From positions 1,878-65,877 of IMG/VR virus record IMGVR_UViG_3300035684_000003: a DNA stretch of 64,000 nt, one strand, 5' to 3'. The stretch comes from a virus. Shown piece by piece: positions 1 to 9,523 of the stretch (positions are counted from its first letter, which is position 1; each line of letters starts with the position of its first letter). Under the pieces are notes generated by a model. It was not told the origin of the DNA. It saw only the letters and a list, made by a program, of their open reading frames with translations, and searched no databases. A program made the position numbers and the translations under genes.

Positions 1-8
1 TTGGAAGA

Positions 9-554
9 ATGAACATCCTGGGCGTGGTTAAGGAGGCGATGGGCTTCGGCAAAGCCCATGAAAAATGGAAAGGAACCCGGATAGAAAACGCTGAAGCTGA
101 CTTGATGAAAAACTTAGCTGAGGCGCACGGAGTTGGTCGGTACTTAGACAATCAGCAGCAGGTGATTCGCCATCTTTGGGATAATGCTGATGGCGATGAA
201 TATATCAAGTCAATGGCTCGAAAACTGGGGGTGCAATACAGTTTGAACTTGCAGGCGGAAATTCGAGAAAATAACAAGGAACAGGGGTTAGGAAAAAACT
301 CTATCCCAAAACCCCAACCTTCATCCCCCAAGCCCCATTCTTCTTCCCCTGACACGCAAGCGCTTATTACTTCAGAGCAGCAGAAACAATTGTGGGCTAT
401 AGCTAGGGGTGCGGGGCATCAAGACTCGGGAGTTAAAGCGGTTTTAAAGGCTTACGGTTACACTTCAGTCGTTCAAGTTGAAGCCAGGAATTATGAGGGC
501 ATCTGTGCAAAATTGGGCGATAAAAATCTTGTTCCAATTTACAGCGGGGCGTGA
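9..554 (+). CDS. Hypothetical phage protein with Pro/Ser linker and small C-terminal helical domain
   Basis: 181-aa ORF followed by a terminator; no recognisable catalytic motif. Confidence 0.6.
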   Translation: MNILGVVKEAMGFGKAHEKWKGTRIENAEADLMKNLAEAHGVGRYLDNQQQVIRHLWDNADGDEYIKSMARKLGVQYSLNLQAEIRENNKEQGLGKNSIPKPQPSSPKPHSSSPDTQALITSEQQKQLWAIARGAGHQDSGVKAVLKAYGYTSVVQVEARNYEGICAKLGDKNLVPIYSGA

Positions 555-590
555 GTATCTTCTTGACCCGTGTTTATGAGCGGTAAGCGG

Positions 591-626
591 AAAAAGAGGA
601 GGGCGTTTAGTCCCCCTCTTTTTTTT
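591..626 (+). terminator. Rho-independent terminator
   Basis: AAAAAGAGGAGGG...CCCCCTCTTTTTTTT hairpin with T-run. Confidence 0.6.
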
Positions 627-669
627 AGTTGACACTACACTAAAGACAGATGTAGTAAGCGTACTCGCT

Positions 670-1464
670 GTGGATAAGACTTTCATAAGCTATTCGCGCA
701 AAGACTTAAACTTCGCACGCCGAATCTTGAACGCTCTCCACAACCGAGGCTTCAACCCCTGGTTCGACCTAGAAGACTTGCAGCCGGGTCGCCCCTGGAA
801 CAACGAAATGCTTTTAGGAGTGCAGCTCGCGGATAATTTGCTATTCATCATCAGTCCGGATTCGGTAGAGAGCCACGCCTGCAAAGAGGAGTTAGAGTGT
901 GCGTTGCGGCACGGGAAAAGACTAATTCCCTTGCTCTACAAGGAAACCTCCCCTCGTTTTCTCCACCCAGCCTTGCGGGAATTGCAGTGGGTTTTTCTTC
1001 GCGATGAGGATGATTTTGAGCGGGGACTGAGCCAGCTAATCAAGGTTATCGATTCACCTAGGGGAGTGAATCCGTTGAGCGATCGCACCAGCGCCGAAGT
1101 AGAAGTTATCGACCAAGAGGGAACCCGCAAAATCTCCTTGCAGCGCAGTTCCTATGTGATTGGACGTAAACCCGTAGGCGGTGCTGAGTCCGGGGTGATA
1201 GTCATCTATGATTCCACCAGGTCGGTTAGCCGCTGCCACGTCAAATTATTTTTTGATTCTGGTTTTTGGGTGGCCAGAGACCAGAGCCGCAATGGAATTA
1301 TATTTTCCCCTCCCTGTTCCAGTGGCAGACTAGAGAATGAAACAAAAATAATTTTGGGACCGGCTCATATAATCTTCAGGGAGATTTCTGTTAAAAATTT
1401 CCCCGACCCGGATGAATTTCCGACTTTTGTCGGCATAACTCAGAATGAAGAATCCCCCCCCTGA
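670..1464 (+). CDS. TIR-domain + FHA-domain protein
   Basis: TIR_2 signature FISYSRKD...WFD...LFIISPDSVESHACKEEL (catalytic Glu present); FHA motifs VIGRK, SVSRCH, DQSRNG. Confidence 0.88.
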   Translation: MDKTFISYSRKDLNFARRILNALHNRGFNPWFDLEDLQPGRPWNNEMLLGVQLADNLLFIISPDSVESHACKEELECALRHGKRLIPLLYKETSPRFLHPALRELQWVFLRDEDDFERGLSQLIKVIDSPRGVNPLSDRTSAEVEVIDQEGTRKISLQRSSYVIGRKPVGGAESGVIVIYDSTRSVSRCHVKLFFDSGFWVARDQSRNGIIFSPPCSSGRLENETKIILGPAHIIFREISVKNFPDPDEFPTFVGITQNEESPP

Positions 1465-2029
1465 CCATCAGTATTCCAATATCATTGACCGACTTGACTT
1501 GTCGGACTTGCGCAAAGATTTTCTCAAAAGCCGGTGGCTCGACCAGCTTCAGTGGTTGGAAGGTCGAGCGATTAAAGAGCGAAATAGATATAACCTGTTG
1601 CGGCTAACAACCATCGTCGGCGGGGCAATTATCCCGGCATTAGTCGGAATTAACAAAGGAGACGCCCACTGGCAAGAAGCGGTGAGTTGGTCTGCTTTAG
1701 GTGTGAGTCAAGCGGTCGCCATCTGCGCTGCTGCCGAGGAGTTTTTTGCTCCAGGCGAGAAATATAAAACCTATCGGAATACAGCGGAAAGCCTGAAAAC
1801 CGAGGCGTGGGAATTCTTTCAACTATGTGGGAAATATCATCAATTTGAGACTCACACTTCGGCTTATAGTGCCTTCGCCGAACAAGTCGAGCAATATATT
1901 CAGAAGGATGTCAAGGATTTCATGTTTCACTTGCAGCATTCGCAGCAGATGAAGAAATTACAGCATTCACAGTCAGGGCAAAACGGGATTGAGATTAGTA
2001 CTGCTGAGAAATTGAATCACAAAATTTGA
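1445..2029 (+). CDS. DUF4231 / SLATT-type two-TM effector protein
   Basis: RWLDQLQWLE...LRLTTIVGGAIIPALVG (TM1), ALGVSQAVAICAAAEEFF (TM2), YRNTAESLKTEAWEF; overlaps the TIR gene. Confidence 0.82.
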   Translation: MKNPPPDHQYSNIIDRLDLSDLRKDFLKSRWLDQLQWLEGRAIKERNRYNLLRLTTIVGGAIIPALVGINKGDAHWQEAVSWSALGVSQAVAICAAAEEFFAPGEKYKTYRNTAESLKTEAWEFFQLCGKYHQFETHTSAYSAFAEQVEQYIQKDVKDFMFHLQHSQQMKKLQHSQSGQNGIEISTAEKLNHKI

Positions 2030-2107
2030 GGGCATTGTTCCTTGTCGCGCTGTTCCTTTCATCTCTTTCAAAGGGAACACTAAGCATAGCGGAATCTATT
2101 CATTTCC

Positions 2108-2911
2108 ATGCTTAGCAACACTGAAGTACAAGAAATACTCATCAAATGGGGACTCCTGTCCCCGCCAGCGGATGGCAAATGGGGTCCGCAGAGCAAAGCA
2201 GCCCTAGAGGATTTTCAAGTCTCTAGGGGGTTAAAGCCAAATGGCGAAATATCACCCCAAACAATCATCAATCTCAAAGATGAAATTCCTGCGTTTGTCC
2301 TGACCAACGACCTAGCAAGCCGGTTAGTCCGGTTCATGAACAAGGAAGGATACTTCATCTCCCGTGGAGTCAGGCGGTATAACATCATCTATCTAGAAGG
2401 CGCGGACCAGGACGGCACCCCCAACAGCGACAAGTTTAATGAGTGGAACGATAGGAGAATCCTGCTTGAACTCCCCGACCTGGTGACGCCCAAGATAGTG
2501 GGCAACTGGCTGGCGACGACAGAACCAGGGAGTACGTATACGTTCAGCCCCATGAACCCAAATGGAGCTTTCCGCATTGCGTTTGGGCAGTATCGCGCCT
2601 GGACATTTGGCAGACACGGGCGCACTCAATACCCCGCTTTAGTACAGTGCGGCTCAGTTTCGGGATTCAGGGACAAGAACAAGGACGGGAAAAGAACTGG
2701 GGACGCTCTGGTGACTGGTGGCGGCTACGGAATTAACCAGCACCACGGATGGGATATGGAGTTCGTGAATGCCGCTTCAGCCGGGTGTTTGGTCGGTCAA
2801 TCAATCGAGGGACACCAAGACTTTATGCAAAAACTCAGGGGAGATAGGCGGTATATGGTAAACAACGCTTACGTCTGGCACACGACCATCATCCCCGCCG
2901 ACAAGCTATAA
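2108..2911 (+). CDS. Peptidoglycan-binding-domain protein, putative endolysin
   Basis: N-terminal PG_binding_1 (VQEIL...ADGKWGPQSKAALEDFQ...GL..GE); C-terminal GINQHHG...SAGCLV His/Cys motif. Confidence 0.72.
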   Translation: MLSNTEVQEILIKWGLLSPPADGKWGPQSKAALEDFQVSRGLKPNGEISPQTIINLKDEIPAFVLTNDLASRLVRFMNKEGYFISRGVRRYNIIYLEGADQDGTPNSDKFNEWNDRRILLELPDLVTPKIVGNWLATTEPGSTYTFSPMNPNGAFRIAFGQYRAWTFGRHGRTQYPALVQCGSVSGFRDKNKDGKRTGDALVTGGGYGINQHHGWDMEFVNAASAGCLVGQSIEGHQDFMQKLRGDRRYMVNNAYVWHTTIIPADKL

Positions 2912-2978
2912 CCCCTTATCCCTTGCGCCACCCTGAGACAGTACATTAGTACTGCCAGAGTCCCCTGGCATAAAACAG

Positions 2979-3010
2979 AAAAACCCCGGCATCTCCACCG
3001 GGGCTTTCTT
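2979..3010. terminator. Terminator between convergent genes
   Basis: AAACCCCGG-CATCTCCA-CCGGGGCTTT hairpin. Confidence 0.6.
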
Positions 3011-3029
3011 GACTTAAAGGAAATTTTCC

Positions 3030-3380
3030 TTAAAACTTGCGAGCTTTGATTGTGCGGGCGATCGCATCTATCCGTTCCGGCTCAATCATTTTGCAGGTCA
3101 GCGGAAAGACCAAGTAACCCAATTCCGCCAAGGCGAAGAATTTCTTACAGTCTCGCTCAATCCCGGCTCCTGATGAGTGCCCCATCCCTGCCACCCACGT
3201 TCCACCTTGGCACTCGATTGCAACTTTAGCTTGCGGATGACAGAAGTCGATGCGATAGCACCTGACTGGATACTGCGCCACTAAATCAAGTCCAGGATGG
3301 CGCTCTTCCCAGAGTTGAGCAAATTCTAGTTCCAAGGGGGAGAAGGCTTGAATTAGTTCGAGTGGGAGAGATTGAGTCAT
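3030..3380 (-). CDS. DUF559/Vsr-like PD-(D/E)XK endonuclease
   Basis: YRIDFCHPQAKVAIECQGGTW...H...RDCKK...LGYLVF pattern. Confidence 0.8.
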   Translation of the reverse strand: MTQSLPLELIQAFSPLELEFAQLWEERHPGLDLVAQYPVRCYRIDFCHPQAKVAIECQGGTWVAGMGHSSGAGIERDCKKFFALAELGYLVFPLTCKMIEPERIDAIARTIKARKF

Positions 3381-3439
3381 TGGTGCTGGCGATTTGTGTT
3401 CATGTATTCTCAGGGTGTTGTAATTGCTGTCTGGTCTTG

Positions 3440-3628
3440 TTATTCAAACTCAGCAATCTGCCTATAAGCATCTTGAATTAAAGCGGTTTCTTCCTCTGTC
3501 TGTTCTTCATCTCGAACCAGAATCTCAGCACATTTGTCAGCTAAATCCCAGTCAACACCCGCTAGCACCAGATGGGTGCGTTGCAAAGCTTGGGCGTGAG
3601 CGTCGTGGTCAAAATCTTTGTTTTTCAT
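3440..3628 (-). CDS. Small hypothetical protein
   Basis: 62-aa ORF in the leftward operon. Confidence 0.5.
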   Translation of the reverse strand: MKNKDFDHDAHAQALQRTHLVLAGVDWDLADKCAEILVRDEEQTEEETALIQDAYRQIAEFE

Positions 3629-3649
3629 TATTGATGCCTCTCTTATCTT

Positions 3650-4042
3650 TTACAGCAAACTCATAAGACAAACCCCAATTAAAGCCAGTTTTCCAATTAA
3701 TGGCGTGCAGCACCAAGCATGAACAATGTTTTGCAAAATATTAGGGTATCCACCCCATTGTTTGCCTGCGCTTTTAAATCCCGACAATACACCATGAATA
3801 ATAAAATCATGAGCAAATGGACATAACACTATTACATCCTCCCATAGCTTCTCGTCTAAGTTCTCCCACCCCTGCTCATTTCCGTTCTTGTAGCCTTGTG
3901 GTAAGTGGTGGATGCGATACGGCTTACCTTTGCCGCAAGGGACTAAAAACATTGAACAGCGATACCCTGACTCCTTTAATAGTCGCTTGTGTTTGCCGTA
4001 CCATTCTTGAGATTTAATGTAGTGACGGTAAGTAGATGACAT
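3650..4042 (-). CDS. HNH-like protein with C-terminal hydrophobic tail
   Basis: YIKSQEW...YRC...IHH...DVIVLCPFAHDFIIH resembles an HNH beta-beta-alpha-Me motif. Confidence 0.55.
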   Translation of the reverse strand: MSSTYRHYIKSQEWYGKHKRLLKESGYRCSMFLVPCGKGKPYRIHHLPQGYKNGNEQGWENLDEKLWEDVIVLCPFAHDFIIHGVLSGFKSAGKQWGGYPNILQNIVHAWCCTPLIGKLALIGVCLMSLL

Positions 4043-4222
4043 GGCTGTCGTGTTTGCCCTTTTTAAACTTTTTTAGGTTGGTGGATTTTTGTCATGTGTC
4101 ATGCGTTTGGACTGTCGAACTCCTCACTATTGCGTTGTTTCGACTGTTCGCGACAAGTCAAGCGAGCGTGCAACAAGGAAGCATGACAGCGTGCCGGGGT
4201 TGATTATTCTTGCTGGCTTTAG

Positions 4223-5725
4223 TCACAAACTCCTGAATTTTACGGCTGAATCAGACTTGTTTTCTTCGTCAATTTCTCCTAGTCCTATGTCGGCTAATAA
4301 GCCCAAGTATTCGTGTACTTGCTTTGCTGTCTTGCCCTGAAGTGCTGAGGTGTTGAGCCGTTGAATCTCCCTAACCGTTATCCAGTCACCATGCTCTTTA
4401 GCTTTTCGTAAAAGCGTTGGCAATGGCTCTTTCAGCCCAGAAGTTACCGGATTAGCTATAATGGGTTGTTCGATTGTCTTCGGTTCGGAGTGATTTACTA
4501 CTGGATTACCTAGTAAGTTTAAGAGGTAAGACTCGGTTAGCCAGTCTGGTATTTGTCCCGATTCTTTAGAGCCATCCAACCAAGTAATGTTAAACTTCCC
4601 TGTTGGGCGAACAGTTTCCAATCCGTCTTCATCCTCAACAAGTTCGCCAATGGTTTCCACTCTGACAGTCCCCTCCAGGAAAGGCGTTACTAGTCCCTTG
4701 CTACCTGGGAGAAAAGCAGCCGTTTCCCCATGAACGATGAATATTGGATATTCTCCGAATTTCATTGTTTCTCGCAAAGTGGAAGTCAAGACACTTTTAA
4801 TGTCTTCCTCGTCCATGACTTTATTAAGTAAGCCAAATTCATCCCAAACTGTAGTAATTGAGCTGATTTGCATTTCATGAACTCTTTGAGCCATTGCAGC
4901 CCATTCTTTACGAATAGAGGGATAGTCTCGCTTGTTATCAGCCGTTATGCCGACAGTTTTAAAAACTGCTGGATATGGATTTGCTGGTTCATAGTGAGGG
5001 GTGGAAGCAATTACCTGATGGTCTTTTAGGAGAATCATGCGAAGTAGTCCTAGCTTTTTAACAAGTGTTGATTTACCCGTTCGTTGTTTGCCTACAGCTC
5101 TAACTGGGTGAGACTTGACGAGCTTTAAAAGTCCGGGGCATTCCTCTTTAAGTCTGCGAATCACTTCTTTTTTTGACCTATCTGTCACCGCAGGCAGCAA
5201 TGGTGGGGAAGTAGCAACACTATCAGGAGGACGTGATGCTTTTTGCCTTGGCGAACGTTCGGGTTCCAATTCCTGCTCTAATTCGGCATCCTCCTCAAAT
5301 TCGTCTCCTATTTCAGCCCCAGGTGTCGCGTAGACAGGCTTCGACCCGTATGGAGACTTGGTAGCTTGTTTGGACGATTGGGAGTTTCTAGGGGCTTCTT
5401 GGTAGCCGCCTTCTTCGTCGTCTAGCTCATCCTCCTCGTATCTAATCTCCTCAGCCTCTGTATCCACCACAATCGGGGTTTCCCCTTGTTTCTTGCGCTT
5501 ACCTCCCCCTTCTATTGCCATAAAGTCATTAACCGCGATAAGCGCAACGACAGCAGCCAGGGGTAATTGGGCGATTGTCCACCCCACGAACATCAACGCA
5601 GCCGTGCCAACACCAATCACCGCTTTATCCGTAGTTAAGCGACCGAGAAGGATGGGAGCTTCCCCCCAGTCATTCTCGAATTCGATTTTGTCTATAAAAT
5701 CACTGATTTTTGACAGTTCCGACAT
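4223..5725 (-). CDS. Membrane-anchored P-loop ATPase
   Basis: Two N-terminal hydrophobic segments, acidic linker, Walker A GKQRTGKST, Walker B TTVWDE, C-terminal winged-helix-like region. Confidence 0.78.
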   Translation of the reverse strand: MSELSKISDFIDKIEFENDWGEAPILLGRLTTDKAVIGVGTAALMFVGWTIAQLPLAAVVALIAVNDFMAIEGGGKRKKQGETPIVVDTEAEEIRYEEDELDDEEGGYQEAPRNSQSSKQATKSPYGSKPVYATPGAEIGDEFEEDAELEQELEPERSPRQKASRPPDSVATSPPLLPAVTDRSKKEVIRRLKEECPGLLKLVKSHPVRAVGKQRTGKSTLVKKLGLLRMILLKDHQVIASTPHYEPANPYPAVFKTVGITADNKRDYPSIRKEWAAMAQRVHEMQISSITTVWDEFGLLNKVMDEEDIKSVLTSTLRETMKFGEYPIFIVHGETAAFLPGSKGLVTPFLEGTVRVETIGELVEDEDGLETVRPTGKFNITWLDGSKESGQIPDWLTESYLLNLLGNPVVNHSEPKTIEQPIIANPVTSGLKEPLPTLLRKAKEHGDWITVREIQRLNTSALQGKTAKQVHEYLGLLADIGLGEIDEENKSDSAVKFRSL

Positions 5726-5769
5726 AATAAAAAACCCCTTTCGGGGCGGGAGAAAGGATTGATGAAAAG

Positions 5770-6279
5770 CTACTGCTTTTTGAGGATGTGATAGATGAAC
5801 TCAAAGGCAAACGCTGTAATTGTTGCAAGGATTAAGTTCCACCACAAAACTAGGTCAAAACTGGGATAAGGAAAGTCTTCTGCTAGCGCCGCGTACCCGC
5901 CCTCGTAAGGAGGAAAATGAATAAAAATGATTACAAACTCCCAGACGTAAACCAGCCAGCGCCTCTTTCTAATCCACGAGATGTCGGTCATCTCGCAGTA
6001 TTGAGTTAATGCCCAAAGTCCTGTAGCCAGAATGGATAAAGCGTTTTCATTGTTTGACGCCCATACTAACCAGCCGCCAATAAAGGGCACTTGCGACAGT
6101 GATGTGAAGAACGGCACAAAGGTTATTGCGGCTTTGATTTGTCGCGCCACAGACAACCAGGGTTGAATGTTTAGTAGCCCGATAAAAGTGATTGTTCCCA
6201 GAAAAAGATAACGACCTAATCCTTTGATTCTTGCCGCAGAAGTGCCTTTATTTCTTCTTTCCCTTGTTGCTGTTGTCAC
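5770..6279 (-). CDS. Multi-pass membrane protein
   Basis: Several hydrophobic helices; co-oriented with the ATPase. Confidence 0.65.
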   Translation of the reverse strand: MTTATRERRNKGTSAARIKGLGRYLFLGTITFIGLLNIQPWLSVARQIKAAITFVPFFTSLSQVPFIGGWLVWASNNENALSILATGLWALTQYCEMTDISWIRKRRWLVYVWEFVIIFIHFPPYEGGYAALAEDFPYPSFDLVLWWNLILATITAFAFEFIYHILKKQ

Positions 6280-6724
6280 TATTTATACCTCCTTCTATTG
6301 ACTTAAAAAGCTTGTCGTATTCTGGTTTATCCTTCAAAGCAACCCTGGCAATTTCTGAGATTGACCCATCTACTGCGATGACCGCAGTTTCTCCTAAGCT
6401 GTTACAGACAAAAGCTCCGGGGCGCAATGGGCGTTTCAATTGGTTGTCTAATACAAGTGCGCCCTCAAAGTAGTAAGCTTCTTTCTCGGTTTCAACATCG
6501 ACTGTTCTAATGCAGTTTGCTTTTAATCTTTCAATTGCAACCTTAGAAAACCTTCGCGCATTTTTTGCTTCCTCTCTAAGCTGCCTGCTTGCTGCCGATG
6601 CTGTTAGTTCGCTCTTTTGGATTACTTCGCCTTGTTCAACAGTGCTTCTGACGGCTTCTCCTTTAGAAAGGAAAATTAAAATGAGCGGCAGAAAAATTAC
6701 ACAATGCGTCGTTTTAATTTTCAT
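6248..6724 (-). CDS. Single-TM or signal-peptide protein
   Basis: N-terminal hydrophobic stretch CVIFLPLILIFL followed by a soluble domain. Confidence 0.6.
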   Translation of the reverse strand: MKIKTTHCVIFLPLILIFLSKGEAVRSTVEQGEVIQKSELTASAASRQLREEAKNARRFSKVAIERLKANCIRTVDVETEKEAYYFEGALVLDNQLKRPLRPGAFVCNSLGETAVIAVDGSISEIARVALKDKPEYDKLFKSIEGGINSDNSNKGKKK

Positions 6725-6849
6725 CTTCCTCTTGATAAGAACCCTGCTCCCAGTGCTAAAACTCCAAGCGCTAATCCAATGGGTGGAACCGCGATAGATG
6801 TGGCTCCAACGAGCGCGGCAGCGGTGGTAGCAATTGCAATGTGTGTCAC
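6721..6849 (-). CDS. 42-aa hydrophobic hairpin protein, not in the ORF track (MTHIAIATTAAALVGATSIAVPPIGLALGVLALGAGFLSRGR)
   Basis: GTG start at 6849 with AGGAG about 9 nt upstream; its TGA overlaps the ATG of the 6724 gene (ATGA). Confidence 0.55.
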   Translation of the reverse strand: MTHIAIATTAAALVGATSIAVPPIGLALGVLALGAGFLSRGR

Positions 6850-6935
6850 TTCTTGTTTCTCCTGTGGTTCTACTGATTGACGTTTTTGAGTGATTTGCAG
6901 GGCGGACTGCTTGCGAGTAACCGCCCTGGACTCCC

Positions 6936-7598
6936 TTAGAGTTTCAGAAGGCTTTTGGCTGTTTCCAAAAAATCGGGCACCTCTTCCGTGTAACTGGTTT
7001 TGGCTATTTGTTTTACCGCTTCCGGCGTTTCAATGCCGAGCAATTTTTCTATTTCAGCGATGCTTGGGCGGTTTGCTTTAGGGGTGGACAGCGCAACAAC
7101 TAAGCGCTCTTGCAGGTCTTTCTGAGCTTTGGTCAGCCGTTCTAGGTCGAGACGCCGTTTAACTGATTCCTGGATAGACTTGGCTAGCTCCTCTTCTTCC
7201 TGGGTTGCCTTCTGGCGTTGATATTCCTCAGCCCACATAACGAGGGTTTCAAGCGTTTGGCATTGCTGTGCCGCTTTCTCGACTATCTCCAGGTCGATAT
7301 TCGTCTCTATGGCGATGTCGATAGCAGCGCTATCAGTTGGTGGGGCTGCTAGCTCGTTAGAGGTCAGCGAGAGTTTGTCGCTCAGCTTTGAAGAATTCTC
7401 TCGCAATAGCTTCACGGTGTCTGCGTCGATGTCGCCGTACTTGTCGGGGTTGACAAGTGTGTCCGGCACTTCCCGCCCCTGCTGTTTCATTCGCTCGCCT
7501 AACGCGGTTAGAGCTAAATTAAGCTCAGCGATAGAACTAAAATTAAGCCGCAAAAATGCGTCGGACTTTGTTACCTGTGGCATGACTTCTTGCTCCAT
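6936..7598 (-). CDS. Coiled-coil hypothetical protein
   Basis: 220-aa helical, E/K/Q-rich ORF. Confidence 0.6.
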   Translation of the reverse strand: MEQEVMPQVTKSDAFLRLNFSSIAELNLALTALGERMKQQGREVPDTLVNPDKYGDIDADTVKLLRENSSKLSDKLSLTSNELAAPPTDSAAIDIAIETNIDLEIVEKAAQQCQTLETLVMWAEEYQRQKATQEEEELAKSIQESVKRRLDLERLTKAQKDLQERLVVALSTPKANRPSIAEIEKLLGIETPEAVKQIAKTSYTEEVPDFLETAKSLLKL

Positions 7599-7959
7599 TC
7601 TTAATGTGTTGGAAATTTTGCTCAGAAATTAAATTCTGATTATCAATCGAGAGAAAAAACTTCGCGGCTTCTGTCCTATTGCTAAATACGACCAGAAAGC
7701 GGCAAAGCAGTAAAAGCCAAGCGCAGTAATGATTTAGGCGAGGTCTTCCACCCTTGGATAGGGGGAGCAACGGAGTAAGCTGCACTGCTTTTTGATAGGG
7801 TTCGCACCAAGCTAGTAACAACAATTCATCCTTGTGAATTGTGTTGTGATGCACTCCTAAGAACCGTGCAATGTCTGCCTTAGCAATGCTTTTCTTTGGC
7901 ATTAGGCTCGCTAAAACAATCTGCGCTCTATCCCAGGCGATTCGCTCCTGCTGATTCAT
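7543..7959 (-). CDS. HTH DNA-binding protein
   Basis: SIAKADIARFLGVHHNTI helix-turn-helix. Confidence 0.6.
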   Translation of the reverse strand: MNQQERIAWDRAQIVLASLMPKKSIAKADIARFLGVHHNTIHKDELLLLAWCEPYQKAVQLTPLLPLSKGGRPRLNHYCAWLLLLCRFLVVFSNRTEAAKFFLSIDNQNLISEQNFQHIKNGARSHATGNKVRRIFAA

Positions 7960-8100
7960 AAAAAAGAGTCAGAATGTGAACTGTTACCTTTTGCTCTTTA
8001 ATGCGGTAATTCATACCACCTTTTTGTAGAGCTATTGACTTGTCTAGGTGCTGGAAGGGAGGTGAATTAAAGTGAAACTCACATCCATGAATACATACTA

Positions 8101-8130
8101 AAAAGCCCGTAGACCAGGGTCTACGGGCAC
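8101..8130 (-). terminator. Rho-independent terminator
   Basis: GCCCGTAGACC/GGTCTACGGGC stem, T-run on the minus strand. Confidence 0.65.
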
Positions 8131-8157
8131 TATTTGAGTTTCATCAGTACTCTGTAC

Positions 8158-8439
8158 TTAGGCGGTAGCCAATTGTCTGTAAGAACCGGAGTAAGAGGGT
8201 TTTTGAAGTCGTCGCTGTTTCCTCTCTCGATTGCCAGCTAGCCACTTTTGGTGTAGCTCACCGGCTAATCCCATTACCTGGTAGGAAGGCGATCGCTTCT
8301 TGGCAATAATCGATGTTTCGTAGGAAAGGATAGCGGCGGCGGTCAGTCGTAGATAGTACGCGGTTTCTTCGTTGGTCAGTCCCCAGTAGTCGCGGAAGTC
8401 TAAGGGGTGCATTTCTGGTAGTTCTTCAAAGGTTTGCAT
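8158..8439 (-). CDS. HTH-like regulator
   Basis: WGLTNEETAYYLRLTAAAILSYE resembles an XRE-type HTH. Confidence 0.5.
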   Translation of the reverse strand: MQTFEELPEMHPLDFRDYWGLTNEETAYYLRLTAAAILSYETSIIAKKRSPSYQVMGLAGELHQKWLAGNRERKQRRLQKPSYSGSYRQLATA

Positions 8440-8535
8440 ATACTTAGTTAATCTCGCTGGTGGGCTGTTTGGAGTTGGTGAGCTAGCGTCGGGACGGGTT
8501 TGCTACTACCTGCTCCGACGCGCAAGAGTACGCTC

Positions 8536-8733
8536 TTATCGTTTCGGGGCTTTTTCCTCGTCCTCCCTCCTACCACTTCCTGGAGGTGGTGACTCCCTGT
8601 CAGCCTTTTGCATGGCTAGAAAAAATCGCCAATTTGAAAGATTAAGCTTTTCATCTGCCTGTTGTGCTGCGAGGTCTTTAGCCGTTATGTTTTCCTGATT
8701 TTTAGGGGTTTGCGGGGGTTGTTGAGAATGCAT
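8536..8733 (-). CDS. Small hypothetical protein (PPPGSGRR motif)
   Basis: ATG at 8733 in the ORF-track frame. Confidence 0.45.
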   Translation of the reverse strand: MHSQQPPQTPKNQENITAKDLAAQQADEKLNLSNWRFFLAMQKADRESPPPGSGRREDEEKAPKR

Positions 8734-8941
8734 AATTAAAGAGCCCCTCCAATGGGCGTTGTACATGGGAGTGGAAGCCGCCAAAAACAAGGTGTTTCGG
8801 ACTTTGTTTTTGACGCAAGGGTCGCATCCTAGATAAGGGTGCGATCGCTTTTATTTTTGACTAAACGAATACTAGCATAGGTGCGGGATATACGCGCAGA
8901 ATTCGCGTAAGATTGGATTAAAGCAATAAGGACTTACGCGA

Positions 8942-9523
8942 ATGGCGAATAAACCAGGAACGATAGAAGAGCTTGAGCAGTGGCTAGAGGCGCATGAAGA
9001 TGACGGAAAAATCAATGGTGAGCGGGTCATCAAGACTGGCACGATTGAGATTAGATCAGGCTTTGTCCCAGGCGACTTGTACGATGAGGCGCTATTGGTT
9101 GGGGCTGCATTCAGCTTTAACAAATCAGATATCGGGACTCACGCTCTGCTGAAATTTTTGAGTAGCCCCGTAACTGAACTGATAAAAAGTCAGCTCCTAC
9201 AGCTGTGTCAATACGAAGCCAAGACTGAATTTCGAGCGTATATCCCAACAAGCCTGCATAGTTTGTCTATGGCGGCTAGAGATAAGTTTGGATGGAATAA
9301 TTCGCAGCTGATGACGCTGGCTCTGTCACTATTCGTTAACGACTTGGGAGTCAAAGAGGTTTATGAGCAGTTTCTTGACCAAATAGCAGAGCAGTCTGGA
9401 CTAACGACGGCGGAGATTCAGCAAAAGATTTTTGATTGCCGACGATACGAGGCACGGGTAAAACGGCTGGAACTGTCTCGGCAGCGTGGGGAATTCGTGA
9501 GCGATCGCAAGATTGCGACGTGA
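8942..9523 (+). CDS. Hypothetical regulator, possibly with tandem ribbon-helix-helix units
   Basis: FRAYIPTSLH...WNNSQLMTLALSLF resembles RHH; stop codon is supplied by the adjacent IS end. Confidence 0.55.
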   Translation: MANKPGTIEELEQWLEAHEDDGKINGERVIKTGTIEIRSGFVPGDLYDEALLVGAAFSFNKSDIGTHALLKFLSSPVTELIKSQLLQLCQYEAKTEFRAYIPTSLHSLSMAARDKFGWNNSQLMTLALSLFVNDLGVKEVYEQFLDQIAEQSGLTTAEIQQKIFDCRRYEARVKRLELSRQRGEFVSDRKIAT

